Assembly (NCBI GenBank): GCA_027022365.1
Contig: JALVYU010000007.1
Location: 125,007-189,006, forward strand
Source of the DNA: Desulfurococcales archaeon
GTDB taxonomy: Archaea; Thermoproteota; Thermoprotei_A; Sulfolobales; Desulfurococcaceae
DNA: 64,000 nucleotides
Direction: 5' to 3'
Part shown: piece after piece, positions 30,855-41,306 of the stretch
Numbering within the stretch: the stretch's first letter is position 1
How the letters are laid out: every line of letters begins with the position of its first letter
Position numbers and translations under genes: made by a program
The notes under the pieces: generated by a model
What the model was told of the DNA's origin: nothing
Database searches by the model: none
What the model saw: the letters and a program-made list of their open reading frames with translations, nothing else

Positions 30855-31897
30855 TATAGCCTCCCTATGGTTCTCCCGATCAGTAGTCCATCTTGATCCT
30901 CAGTAACGTATGCGGCCACAATATCTCCCGGTTTGAGCCTACCTCTCCTGAGGGTTATGAGCCATTCTTTACCCATCGTTACACCAATATACTCGCCCCT
31001 GAATACGCCTCTTGATAGCACCTTTGCATAGACTCTATCACCTTTTTTGAAAGGGGCTGGATAGCGACGTGCTTTCCTCATTCCCCATTCCTCCAAGCTC
31101 CACCTGAGCTTCACTCCGAGTCTTGCCTCGAGCTCCTCTATTTTCTCCCAGAAACAACGCCAGCTCAACGGCTTCACTCCCGGTAGTTTTCTCCCATACT
31201 TATGGGCGTTGTACTTCTGGATCGTCACGGGAGGCCATCTCTTTCCAGCCCCTATCCTTATAGCCCATTTGATAACCTGGACGACATCATCATCGTTCAC
31301 GCCGGGAATCCAGACAGGCGTCACATGAAGGTCAATATTTGTTTCTCTGACAAGGTATTCCGCCATCTCCATGACACGTTTAACGTTATACCAAGGTGTG
31401 CCCTGGAGAAAGCGGGCCTTCTCCGGGTTTAGCGTATCTATGCTTAGGTTGATCCTATCGAGGCCTGCATCGTCAAGCCGATCAATAGTTTTTCTTGTAA
31501 GGAGAGCGCCGTGTGTTTCAAGGGCTACACTCGAAACGTATGGACGGGTCTTAAGCTCCTTAATGAGACGTGTTATCCACGGATACGTTAGTGCTTCGCC
31601 AATAGTATCGATGAGCGCCTCTATACTTGTCTCCTTGTACCTCGCCACAATGTCAACAGTATTCAGCAGACCCTCGAGCCCGACAATGAACTCGGCCCAC
31701 CTATTAATGGATAATGGACCCGCGTCTACGCTGCAGAAAATACAGCTGAGAGGACATATGGTCGTTGGTCTTACCTGTAGGACATTTGTTCCACGATCAA
31801 TTACTCCAAACCCTATATACCCCAGTAGCTTGTCGCCCTTTACAAAATATAGTGGCCTTCTACCCCAAAGCAGCGTTCTCTCCACGACCTCTATCAA
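30854..31897 (-). CDS. radical SAM protein with C-terminal TRAM-like domain (COG2100 type)
   Basis: GVIDRGTN.LQVRP, CPLSCIFCSVD, GEAL, ETHG. Confidence 0.9.
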   Translation of the reverse strand: MIEVVERTLLWGRRPLYFVKGDKLLGYIGFGVIDRGTNVLQVRPTTICPLSCIFCSVDAGPLSINRWAEFIVGLEGLLNTVDIVARYKETSIEALIDTIGEALTYPWITRLIKELKTRPYVSSVALETHGALLTRKTIDRLDDAGLDRINLSIDTLNPEKARFLQGTPWYNVKRVMEMAEYLVRETNIDLHVTPVWIPGVNDDDVVQVIKWAIRIGAGKRWPPVTIQKYNAHKYGRKLPGVKPLSWRCFWEKIEELEARLGVKLRWSLEEWGMRKARRYPAPFKKGDRVYAKVLSRGVFRGEYIGVTMGKEWLITLRRGRLKPGDIVAAYVTEDQDGLLIGRTIGRL

Positions 31898-32453
31898 GTC
31901 TCACACCCATCTGCCTAGCAATTATTTTTGGACAAATAGGCTTTAAAGACAATATAGATGCTTTCGGCTCGCTTAAACCTCTAATGTAAAGGAAGATTGT
32001 CCTAATGATTCCAGCTTCATCGATTATTCTCTTGACAAGCACTGGAGTCCATGACTTAATCGGGAAATCAATAGTTATGATCCGCGTTCCAAGGGCGAGT
32101 TCTCTTTCAAGCTTAGGGGCTAGAGCTTCATTAATGGATGGATAGAGGTATTGATACACTATGGTTGCATTGCCGAGGTATACATCGTAGAAACTGGCTT
32201 CGAGGACGCCGATACGGTCTCTTAAACCAAGCTCCTCAGCCTTATACCTTATCAGCATGGCTAGATCATGCTCTATCTCCACGGCAATAGCGTGTGCCCC
32301 CATCCTCGCAGCCTCTATTACTACGCGCCCATCGCCTGCCCCTAAATCATACAGTACATCTCCCGGCCCACACCTGGATATTTCAAGCGCCTTCCTAACA
32401 ACACTAATAGGTGTCGGTATAAACGGTGGTTTCTTCAAGCTCATTAGGGACAC
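31860..32453 (-). CDS. SAM-dependent protein-lysine methyltransferase (aKMT-like)
   Basis: PFIPTP..VV, YDLGAGDGR, N..L.PKLE.EL..GTRI. Confidence 0.8.
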   Translation of the reverse strand: MSLMSLKKPPFIPTPISVVRKALEISRCGPGDVLYDLGAGDGRVVIEAARMGAHAIAVEIEHDLAMLIRYKAEELGLRDRIGVLEASFYDVYLGNATIVYQYLYPSINEALAPKLERELALGTRIITIDFPIKSWTPVLVKRIIDEAGIIRTIFLYIRGLSEPKASILSLKPICPKIIARQMGVRLDRGRGENAALG

Positions 32454-32577
32454 CGCTGATCTTCATAGTTTCTATTAATAGAATCAAGTTTATAAAAGAG
32501 AGTCCATAGTTTTACTACGGGGATAAAGAAAGAATTGTATTGCGTACTTGTCACTCCCTCTAATGGGGTGTTTATGA

Positions 32578-33546
32578 GTGTCAGAGACATTGCTAGAAGT
32601 GAAGAACCTGAAAACATATTTCTATACCACTAAGGGTGTCGTTAAAGCCGTTGACGGTGTTTCTTTTAAGCTCAACAAGGGCGAGGTCCTGGGCATAGCT
32701 GGCGAGTCGGGATGTGGTAAGAGCACTACTGCTTACTCTCTCATCAGATTGGTACCTCCACCCGGCAAGATCGTTGATGGAGAACTAATATTTGAAGGAC
32801 GCGATATACTGAAGCTTAGTGAAGAGGATTTCAGGAAGCAGATCAGGTGGAAGAAGATATCAATGGTATTCCAGGGAGCAATGAACGCGTTAAACCCAGT
32901 ATACACCGTCGGTGACCAGATAGCAGAAGTGCTGATGCTCCACAAGCATATGACCAAGGAAGAAGCAATGAAGGAGGTTTACAAGCTCCTAGAAATGGTA
33001 GGCATAGATCCCAAGCGCGCCAAGAGCTATCCACATGAGCTCTCGGGCGGTATGAAGCAACGTGTAGTAATAGCAATGGCCCTAGCGCTAAGACCGCCTC
33101 TAGTAATTGCGGACGAGCCGACCACGGCTCTCGATGTCGTTGTCCAAGCACAGATCATGAACCTGCTCAAGAGATTGCAGCGTGAGCATCAGATGTCGAT
33201 AATTCTGATCACCCACGACCTCAGCCTCATTGCGGAGATGGCTGAGAAAGTAGCGATCATGTATGCTGGTAAAATAGTTGAATATGGTACTGCGGAGCAG
33301 GTATTCCTTAATCCGCAGCATCCGTACACCAGAGGTCTACTGGCTAGTATTCCGAGGCTAACGGGTGATATACACAAGCTGGAATTCATACCTGGCGTAC
33401 CACCAGACCTATCGAATCCACCGCCTGGATGCCGTTTTGCCCCGAGATGTAAGTTCAAGTTTGAGCCCTGTGATAAAGAAGAGCCGCCCGTAATAGAGGT
33501 GGAGCCCGGTCACTATGTGTCTTGTTGGCTCCACGCAAAGAAATAA
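32578..33546 (+). CDS. oppD: oligopeptide ABC transporter ATPase
   Basis: GESGCGKS, LSGGMKQR, ADEPTTALD, HPYT, C-terminal Cys cluster. Confidence 0.93.
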   Translation: MSETLLEVKNLKTYFYTTKGVVKAVDGVSFKLNKGEVLGIAGESGCGKSTTAYSLIRLVPPPGKIVDGELIFEGRDILKLSEEDFRKQIRWKKISMVFQGAMNALNPVYTVGDQIAEVLMLHKHMTKEEAMKEVYKLLEMVGIDPKRAKSYPHELSGGMKQRVVIAMALALRPPLVIADEPTTALDVVVQAQIMNLLKRLQREHQMSIILITHDLSLIAEMAEKVAIMYAGKIVEYGTAEQVFLNPQHPYTRGLLASIPRLTGDIHKLEFIPGVPPDLSNPPPGCRFAPRCKFKFEPCDKEEPPVIEVEPGHYVSCWLHAKK

Positions 33547-33559
33547 AGGGTGACCATGT

Positions 33560-34702
33560 ATGCCCAACATATATGTTCCCAAGCCTAGTAGTGACACCGT
33601 CGTATACGTTAAAGACCTGCGCACATGGTTCCCTGTAAGAAGAAGCTTCATCGACGTCATTAGGAGACGTCCTCCCCTCTACGTACACGCCGTTGATGGC
33701 GTATCCTTCGACATAAAAGAAGGTGAAACCTTTGGTCTCGCCGGAGAATCCGGATGTGGTAAAACCACAACAGGTAAGACTATCCTCCGCCTCGTAGACC
33801 CTGTCGGGGGAATAATCGCTTACAGGCCGCGTGAAAGGCTCTTAAAGGAGTGGGAAGAGATAGGCTATCATCCAAAATTCATCGATCAGTACAAGAGCGT
33901 TGACATCTCAAAAATACCTAGCAAGTATCTGAAACCACTACGTAAAGAGATGCAGATGATATTCCAGGATCCGTACGGCAGTCTTAACCCGAGATTCACA
34001 GTCTACAAGATACTCGAGGAACCACTTGTTATACACGGCATCGGTGAAACTAAGGAGGAAAGATACGATCTAATTGTGCGTGTACTGGAGCAGGTAAAGC
34101 TGACACCACCCGAGGAGTTTCTGAACAGATATCCACACATGCTCTCGGGTGGCCAGAGACAGAGAGTAGGTATTGCCAGAGCATTGCTGCTACAGCCGAG
34201 ATTCATAGTAGCGGACGAGCCCACCTCGATGTTGGATGTGTCAATACGTGCAGAAATACTCGAGCTAATGATGGAGCTGAAGGAGAGGTACAAGCTGACC
34301 TATGTGTTCATCACACACGACCTCGCATTGGCTAGATATATCTGTGACAGGATCGCCATAATGTATCTAGGCAGAATAGTCGAGATGGGTAATACACGCC
34401 GCGTTCTGGAGAACCCGTTGCACCCATATACAAAAGCTTTAATATCAGCGATCCCGGAGCCTGACCCGAGATACAGGAAGATCCTTAGAGAGCTTCCGAT
34501 AAAGGGCGAAGTACCTAGCCCTATCAACATACCACCGGGATGTAGGTTCAGGCCTAGATGTGTAACATATGATAAGACAACCGAGATACAGAAGTACTGT
34601 GAGACAGAAGAACCGCCGCTGATAGAAGTCGAGAAAGATCATTACGTATCCTGCTGGCTATATGGTACACCTGAGGAGGTACGGGAGCTAATAAAGAAGT
34701 AA
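33560..34702 (+). CDS. oppF: oligopeptide ABC transporter ATPase
   Basis: [31 protein letters not shown]. Confidence 0.93.
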   Translation: MPNIYVPKPSSDTVVYVKDLRTWFPVRRSFIDVIRRRPPLYVHAVDGVSFDIKEGETFGLAGESGCGKTTTGKTILRLVDPVGGIIAYRPRERLLKEWEEIGYHPKFIDQYKSVDISKIPSKYLKPLRKEMQMIFQDPYGSLNPRFTVYKILEEPLVIHGIGETKEERYDLIVRVLEQVKLTPPEEFLNRYPHMLSGGQRQRVGIARALLLQPRFIVADEPTSMLDVSIRAEILELMMELKERYKLTYVFITHDLALARYICDRIAIMYLGRIVEMGNTRRVLENPLHPYTKALISAIPEPDPRYRKILRELPIKGEVPSPINIPPGCRFRPRCVTYDKTTEIQKYCETEEPPLIEVEKDHYVSCWLYGTPEEVRELIKK

Positions 34703-34711
34703 TCTTCTTTG

Positions 34712-35359
34712 CTAAGTATACTCATATTTTTGGGTAGATACAAGATACAACAAGTTATAGCTCTTGAGGCACGGTTGTTTCTTCTTTTGACCATACGGAA
34801 CCTTAGTTAGCGTGTACTGCACTAGTAATTTGAACATCAGAGCTAATGATACTAGTGCAGCTATCATTCCCGGGATCGCTAGGAATGATAGTTTGTGCTC
34901 ATAGCCACTAATGTATATGGTAATATTAACTGTGCAGTCTCGGCCAGTAACTGATCCGATAGTTATGACCGAGTCGAGCGACGATATGGGATACTCTGCT
35001 CCTTTATTGCTACTAATCATCAGCCACTCGCTCTTGTTGTAGACAATATCTGTCATCAGGATCTTTGCTGTGCCGTGTGAAGTCGGTGAGAATCTGATAT
35101 ATGATGTATTATCGATAATTAATGAAGTATCAGTTATGTTGGTTAGTTGATAAATAGTATACATCTTTCCCGGCGATAAATGAAAGTTTTCGAGAGTCAC
35201 AATTTTTGTGTAGTTAAACGACATCATTGATGCGAAGCTTAGTCCTAGTGCAAGCACCATGAATAAGAACATGAGTATCGCGTGTCTTATTAGCCTTTTT
35301 TCTTCATCATCAGTGATTTTTCTCTTTTTTGAACCCAGCATGGTCTTTTTCCGCACCAC
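34712..35359 (-). CDS. two-TM membrane protein with extracellular domain
   Basis: two hydrophobic helices flanking a domain with N-x-S/T sequons. Confidence 0.7.
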   Translation of the reverse strand: MVRKKTMLGSKKRKITDDEEKRLIRHAILMFLFMVLALGLSFASMMSFNYTKIVTLENFHLSPGKMYTIYQLTNITDTSLIIDNTSYIRFSPTSHGTAKILMTDIVYNKSEWLMISSNKGAEYPISSLDSVITIGSVTGRDCTVNITIYISGYEHKLSFLAIPGMIAALVSLALMFKLLVQYTLTKVPYGQKKKQPCLKSYNLLYLVSTQKYEYT

Positions 35360-35470
35360 TCTTTAATAATGAGTTATACCTAATCTAGGAATAACGGGCT
35401 TAAAGGTCAAACAAATCTTTTATTGTCAATTCTCAGGTGTAAGACTATTAGCAGTTGAGGTATTTATTCA

Positions 35471-36316
35471 GTGGTGACTGTTTTGTCAGTCAAGAAAGAA
35501 CGATTGAAGAAAGAGTACAAGAAAACGATCGTTCTACTCGCAATACTCGTTATTACTTTGTTCTCGATCCCCGTTGTTTACATAGTAAACCCAAAGTATG
35601 AAACCCATATTAGGGTAGAACTAAAAACAATGCCTCTCGAGCAGTTCGTGTATGTTCATCTGACAGAAATCGATGTTTTGATGAAACCACCGTTCCTATC
35701 TAACGAGACTCCTATAATGCTTAGGGTGATTATTTATCCATACAACTCGACGAAGCCGATATACAATGTGACTCTAGCATTGTTCAAACCTATAGTTGGT
35801 TTTAATCCTGCTATCGATCGTGTTCTTACTCTTCCCGTTGAACCTACTACGAAGGGTTACTCGATTAGATTATGGGACAATTTTACAAAAGTCTCTATAC
35901 CGGTAGCGTATGTGTTTTATAATGGTCCTAGATTTCACACTTATCAGGGTTCAAGCTTCTATAAAGCCAGCCTCGTTGTTGCTCTCGTGAACAAAGGACT
36001 CGTGATCGAAAAAATAGGTGAGCCAAGCCTCGATGTATATTATAATTTGACATATACTGATGGAACCAATTATGTTGGTCATGTAGCGATCGGACCCGGA
36101 GACAATAATATAACACTATCCAACACTAGAGAGTATCTGCGTGTCTCGCTAACGGCTTACCATTTATTCTTCATATTTGAATCTAAGCTTGTAGGCAATG
36201 AGTTAGTAGTGGATGCTAGGTCGAATTGGGCCTTATTGTTACTGGTATCGATACTTATATTAATTGGAATATATCTGATGTATCGTAAATACCGTAAGTT
36301 GTCGCATAGTTTGTAG
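35471..36316 (+). CDS. two-TM membrane protein with extracellular domain
   Basis: N- and C-terminal TMs, multiple N-x-S/T sequons. Confidence 0.75.
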   Translation: MVTVLSVKKERLKKEYKKTIVLLAILVITLFSIPVVYIVNPKYETHIRVELKTMPLEQFVYVHLTEIDVLMKPPFLSNETPIMLRVIIYPYNSTKPIYNVTLALFKPIVGFNPAIDRVLTLPVEPTTKGYSIRLWDNFTKVSIPVAYVFYNGPRFHTYQGSSFYKASLVVALVNKGLVIEKIGEPSLDVYYNLTYTDGTNYVGHVAIGPGDNNITLSNTREYLRVSLTAYHLFFIFESKLVGNELVVDARSNWALLLLVSILILIGIYLMYRKYRKLSHSL

Positions 36317-36475
36317 GGGATAATAATTGAATATCTATACTCATTTGTTTTGATTAATCCCACAATTATGAGCAAAGATATATGGATTCTATATATACAG
36401 ATATGCAATGGATAAGCTTTTTATAGCCACATAAAAAACACTATAGAGTGGAACCCGATTAGGGGTGTGTAACTT

Positions 36476-39433
36476 ATGAAAAGACTCCTAGGTATAGTTC
36501 TACTAGCAGTTATACTCCTAGCATATGGAGCCTCTCTCTCATTCGCATTGCAGGCTCAGACGATTCAGCAGAACGAAAAAGGACCTGCCGCTAATGAACT
36601 GGTGTACTCGGCTCTACCCACTGATCAGGTGCCCTACGCTATAGGGAAGTCTATCGACGTATATCTATTCGGACTACGCCCGCAGCAGGCAACACAGCTA
36701 CCTGCCGATGTTAAGCTATTGACTCCGCCTAGCGGTATAGTTGATTTTATACTTAATCCGGCCCCGGTATATACGAAGACATACAACGGAACATATACTG
36801 CTGAGCAGATCGCTAAGATGGAGAACGTACCAGTAGGTGCAATAGTCTACGTTAACCACACTAACGGCAAGACCTATGTAGAGTTTGGTGCTTACCCAGG
36901 CAAGGGCATCAATCCATTCGCATTTAGAAAGGTCAGATTTGCTGTCAATTACTTGATCGATAGAAAGTACATCATTCAGAACATCTACCGTAACTATGCC
37001 GCCCCAATGTATACATTCCTATCAATATATGACCCAACCTACACGATAATCGCCGACATCGTGGCAGAGTACCAGTTCACATACAACCCGACACTAGCAG
37101 CCAAGATGATAAGTCAGGCACTAACAGCGGCCGGCGCAAAACTAGTCAACGGTAAGTGGTACTATGACGGCAAACCTATAGTCATAAAGTTCGTCATCAG
37201 AACCGAGGACGAGAGAAAAGAGATTGGTGACATGCTGGCCAACGCATTAGTAGCGGTCGGCTTCACCGTAGACAGAATGTACATGACCTTCGGACAGGCA
37301 ATCAGGACGGTCTACTTCACCAACCCTGCAGACCTCAAGTGGCAGATCTACACCGAGGGATGGGGCAAGGGCGGTATGGACAAGTGGGACTCAGTAACAA
37401 TCTGTCAGTTCGGCGCACCATGGTTCGGATGGCTACCAGGACTGCAGAACCCTGCATGGTGGAACTACCACAATGCAACCATTGATGAGCTAACCAAGAA
37501 GATATTCAACGGCCAGTTCACCAGCAAGCAGGAGTACATCTGGCTATACAGGAACGCGACCATCCTTATACTTCACGAATCAGTACGTGTATGGGTTGCA
37601 ACCAGATTAGAGCTACAGCCATACGCCAGCTATGTGACCGGAATAACCGATGACCTAGGAAGCGGTCTAAGAAGCCCATTCAACCTACGCACCATGGACA
37701 CACCCAATGGAGTAGTACGTGTAGGGCATCTACACGTATGGACGCCTAGCAGCATCTGGAATGACTGGGGAGGCTTCCAGGACGTATACAGCGTAGACAT
37801 AATGAGAGCTACAACAGATCCTGCAGACTGGAGGAACCCGTTCAACGGCGAGCCAATACCTTTCAGAGTATCGTGGACAGTCCAGACAGCAGGGCCTAAA
37901 GGCTCACTAACCGTGCCCAGCGATGCAGTGATCTGGGACGCCAATAAGGAGAAGTGGGTACCAGTCGGCAGCGGTGTAACCGCCAAGAGCAAGGTAACCT
38001 TTGACTTCAGCAAGCTACTGGGCAGCAAGTGGCATGACGGCACCACGATAACCTGGGCCGACATAGTCGGCTACCTAGCACTATTATTCGACATAGCATA
38101 CAACCCTACAAAGAGCAGCCTGGAGAGCAGCATATCAGGCCCACTAAAGTTCAGCCTACAGCCGATCAAGGGCTACGTATTCCACTGGGACACCGGCAAG
38201 GTAGACGTATACCTAGACTACTGGCACTTCGACTCCAACTACATTGCTGACTACGCTATCTTCAGCCCGTCCGTGCCGGTCGAGCTTGACATACTAGAGT
38301 TCTACCTAGCATTCGACCTCAAGACCTATGCTCTAAGCAGTGACAGAAGCGAAGCACAGGGTATACCGGTCATCGACCTAGTAGTCCCATCAGTAGTGCA
38401 GGATGTCAAGAAAGCCGCTGAGGATCTAATCGCTAAAGGCGCCATACCGTCAGACTACAAGAGCATATTTGATGTAAACGGTAAAGTGCTAATGACTGAT
38501 CAGGAGTTCGTGCAGAGGCTCAAGAACCTGGTAAACTGGATCAACGAGCACGGCAACGCATGGGTAAGCGACGGGCCATTCTATCTAGATAACTTCAACA
38601 AGGACGCACAAACAGCAACCCTGAAGGCCTTCAGAGACCCAACCTATCCATTCACTCCGAGCACCTGGTACTTCGGCACACCAGTATTCACCAAGATACT
38701 AAGCATTAACCCGAGACCGATCATCGTTGGCGAGCCCTACGTGACCTTCGTATCGGTGACCGGGCAGGGAACACTACATGCTAAGTTCCTGTTGATCGAC
38801 ACTACAACCAACAAAGTCATCTATGCAGGTGACGCAGTACCTGCCGGTGCAGGCCAGTTCAAGATCGAGATACCAGCCGATGTTACCAAGACCCTACAGC
38901 CATACTACACCTACGAGTTGCTGGTCATCGCGTACAGTGACCAGGTAGCACTGCCTGCAGTCTCATCGATACAGGTGACATCGCTACCAGCGACACAGAA
39001 ACAGCTAGAACAAATGCAGCAGCAGATAGGAAACCTACAGACACAGCTAACCAACCTACAGAGCCAGATGCAGAAACAGATAGAGGAGCTAAGAACACAG
39101 CTAGCACAGCAGCTAGGCGCTCAGGTGTCACAGGCGTTTAACCAGCTATCAGCATCAATGCAGAACTTTACCACTACCATGCAGCAGTCCATTTCAAAGC
39201 TCGCTGTAACATTATCACAATCACTTGGACAGGTCAACAACAAGATATCAGCACTAGAAGGAACAATATCATCACTACAGGCAAGCATTAATAGCCTCAA
39301 GTCAACAACAGAGTCAACATCATCAGACGTCAGCAGCCTCAAGGGAACAGTTGGAACACTGCAGATACTCAGCATAATAATACTGATCCTAGTAATCATA
39401 AGCATAATCGTGCCCTTTGTCAAGAAACACTAA
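36476..39433 (+). CDS. oppA: ABC substrate-binding protein (family 5) with coiled-coil stalk and C-terminal TM anchor
   Basis: signal peptide, NPFA.RKVRFAVNYLIDR, KWHDG..IT.AD, GPFYL; Q/S/T-rich heptad tail and TM. Confidence 0.9.
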   Translation: MKRLLGIVLLAVILLAYGASLSFALQAQTIQQNEKGPAANELVYSALPTDQVPYAIGKSIDVYLFGLRPQQATQLPADVKLLTPPSGIVDFILNPAPVYTKTYNGTYTAEQIAKMENVPVGAIVYVNHTNGKTYVEFGAYPGKGINPFAFRKVRFAVNYLIDRKYIIQNIYRNYAAPMYTFLSIYDPTYTIIADIVAEYQFTYNPTLAAKMISQALTAAGAKLVNGKWYYDGKPIVIKFVIRTEDERKEIGDMLANALVAVGFTVDRMYMTFGQAIRTVYFTNPADLKWQIYTEGWGKGGMDKWDSVTICQFGAPWFGWLPGLQNPAWWNYHNATIDELTKKIFNGQFTSKQEYIWLYRNATILILHESVRVWVATRLELQPYASYVTGITDDLGSGLRSPFNLRTMDTPNGVVRVGHLHVWTPSSIWNDWGGFQDVYSVDIMRATTDPADWRNPFNGEPIPFRVSWTVQTAGPKGSLTVPSDAVIWDANKEKWVPVGSGVTAKSKVTFDFSKLLGSKWHDGTTITWADIVGYLALLFDIAYNPTKSSLESSISGPLKFSLQPIKGYVFHWDTGKVDVYLDYWHFDSNYIADYAIFSPSVPVELDILEFYLAFDLKTYALSSDRSEAQGIPVIDLVVPSVVQDVKKAAEDLIAKGAIPSDYKSIFDVNGKVLMTDQEFVQRLKNLVNWINEHGNAWVSDGPFYLDNFNKDAQTATLKAFRDPTYPFTPSTWYFGTPVFTKILSINPRPIIVGEPYVTFVSVTGQGTLHAKFLLIDTTTNKVIYAGDAVPAGAGQFKIEIPADVTKTLQPYYTYELLVIAYSDQVALPAVSSIQVTSLPATQKQLEQMQQQIGNLQTQLTNLQSQMQKQIEELRTQLAQQLGAQVSQAFNQLSASMQNFTTTMQQSISKLAVTLSQSLGQVNNKISALEGTISSLQASINSLKSTTESTSSDVSSLKGTVGTLQILSIIILILVIISIIVPFVKKH

Positions 39434-39442
39434 AAACACCTT

Positions 39443-39468
39443 ACCTTTTTTCCTAAAAACTTTTCTTT
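39443..39468 (+). terminator. pyrimidine-rich (oligo-T) terminator after oppA
   Basis: CCTTTTTTTCC...CTTTTCTTT just after the stop codon. Confidence 0.5.
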
Positions 39469-39647
39469 AGCCAAATACTATATACAATATTTGATTCTCT
39501 GTTCAATAACCCTTACTGGAAATCTGATAAGTTTTTATATTAAAAATAGAATTGAATAAGCATTGGAAATCGTCTCTTTCAATATCAGCAAGAAATTAAT
39601 CCATAGAAAAACCTACACAATACATAGCCCTGGAGGTGCAGTAGGGC

Positions 39648-41306
39648 TTGGCAGGCGTGGGCGTTATACTTGCTAGAAGAGCAGTAGCATTGACCGTTGC
39701 GCTCATCATTATTGTTTTCCTCACAGGAATAATCATGGAGGCCACTGGCTATGCTGAAGCAGTATGGAAAGCGATCATTAATGCTAAAGTGGATGCATAT
39801 ACAAAGGCCCTTATGCTAAAAGCCCGTGGAGGCATGTATTGTCAGCCTCTAGGCGAGGAAATATCCACTAGTACAACCAATTTCGAAGCGGTAAATAGTT
39901 CGTCGTATAAAACAGTTATAACCATTGATCTTTCATCACCATCACTCAATTATAAAACCATACATAATCCGCCCGGTCTACCAGAGATAACTCTGATAAA
40001 CTTGACAGTATACAAAGTAAACAACAAGTTCTATGCACCTAAGATACTTGTTATCGCTGTTAGACCGGATGGCTTAAAAGTACCAGTATATGAAGGCTCT
40101 CCAACAGTTTCTAATGCAACTCGAGTAAATGGTAGATTAGTGTCTATAACCCCGATCAAACTTAAAATAAGTAGCTCCTATGTGGCAGAACAGCTCACAA
40201 AGATATTGTCAACTAGATATCCCGGTATAAATGTGACAGCAAGCCAGGCGGCAGCATACCTCTATGGTGAACCCTACAAGAACGGTACTAGCATATCGTT
40301 AAAACCATTGGTTGGCAAATATGATTTCGTCATAGACTTCATCTATCCAGCAAACGTTACGGTCAGCAAGCCTGTAGACGAGGTAGCCGTAAGGATACCC
40401 CCGCCGCAGAACTGTATAATGATCTCGCAGCTCATATCACAGTATCGTGCAAAGCTCGAAGAACTATATGGACTTAATAAGCCATGGTACGACAGAGTAC
40501 TACCACTAGTATGGAGGACACTCACCTTCAACCTAGGCGAGACAAAACAGCCCACAGTAACTGGTGTTGCTGGTCTCCCAGCTCCAGCCCCCGTATCAGC
40601 TGTAATACTAGCCTGTCTCCCGAGAACAATAGTGATGCTCACAATTGCAGAGATAATATGTTTCGCAATAGCAATACCTCTTGCGCCGAAAATAGCGTAT
40701 CACTATGGCACGCTTCTCGATAGATTAGTGGTTAGCTATGCCGCATTGTTCAACGCCATACCAGTATGGTGGCTAGGTATGGTATTCATATTGTTGTTTG
40801 CCTACATGATACCGATATTCCCGCCTCAGGCAATGCCGATAATAGATCATATTAATCACTTCTTCCAGAATCCACCATATCACCTGGCAATGATCATATA
40901 CTACGCGGCACTACCGATTATCACTATCGTAATAACATTCCTAGGCTCATGGCTATATAGTGTAAGAGCGGTAGTGCTAAGAATTGTCCGTGAAGATTAC
41001 GTGATGGTAGCTAAGGCAAAGGGACTTCCAGAGCGCGATATTATCAAGAAGTACATTGTAAGAGTGGCTGCACCACCAATAGTGACATACGTAATACTGG
41101 CTCTAGCAGGCTCACTAGGAGGAATGATAATTACGGAGTCAGTCTTTAACTATCCAGGAATGGGTTCACTCTACTATGCAGCAATACAGGCTGGTGATGT
41201 ACCAACAATACTTGGTCTAACCTACGTCTTGACCCTCGTCTACATTATAGCTAGGTTCATCCTCGAAGTACTATACATATACCTAGACCCGAGGGTGAGA
41301 TACTAA
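39648..41306 (+). CDS. oppB: oligopeptide ABC permease with large extracellular insert
   Basis: EDYV..AKAKGL motif, ITESVFNYPGMG, LDPRVR. Confidence 0.92.
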   Translation: MAGVGVILARRAVALTVALIIIVFLTGIIMEATGYAEAVWKAIINAKVDAYTKALMLKARGGMYCQPLGEEISTSTTNFEAVNSSSYKTVITIDLSSPSLNYKTIHNPPGLPEITLINLTVYKVNNKFYAPKILVIAVRPDGLKVPVYEGSPTVSNATRVNGRLVSITPIKLKISSSYVAEQLTKILSTRYPGINVTASQAAAYLYGEPYKNGTSISLKPLVGKYDFVIDFIYPANVTVSKPVDEVAVRIPPPQNCIMISQLISQYRAKLEELYGLNKPWYDRVLPLVWRTLTFNLGETKQPTVTGVAGLPAPAPVSAVILACLPRTIVMLTIAEIICFAIAIPLAPKIAYHYGTLLDRLVVSYAALFNAIPVWWLGMVFILLFAYMIPIFPPQAMPIIDHINHFFQNPPYHLAMIIYYAALPIITIVITFLGSWLYSVRAVVLRIVREDYVMVAKAKGLPERDIIKKYIVRVAAPPIVTYVILALAGSLGGMIITESVFNYPGMGSLYYAAIQAGDVPTILGLTYVLTLVYIIARFILEVLYIYLDPRVRY

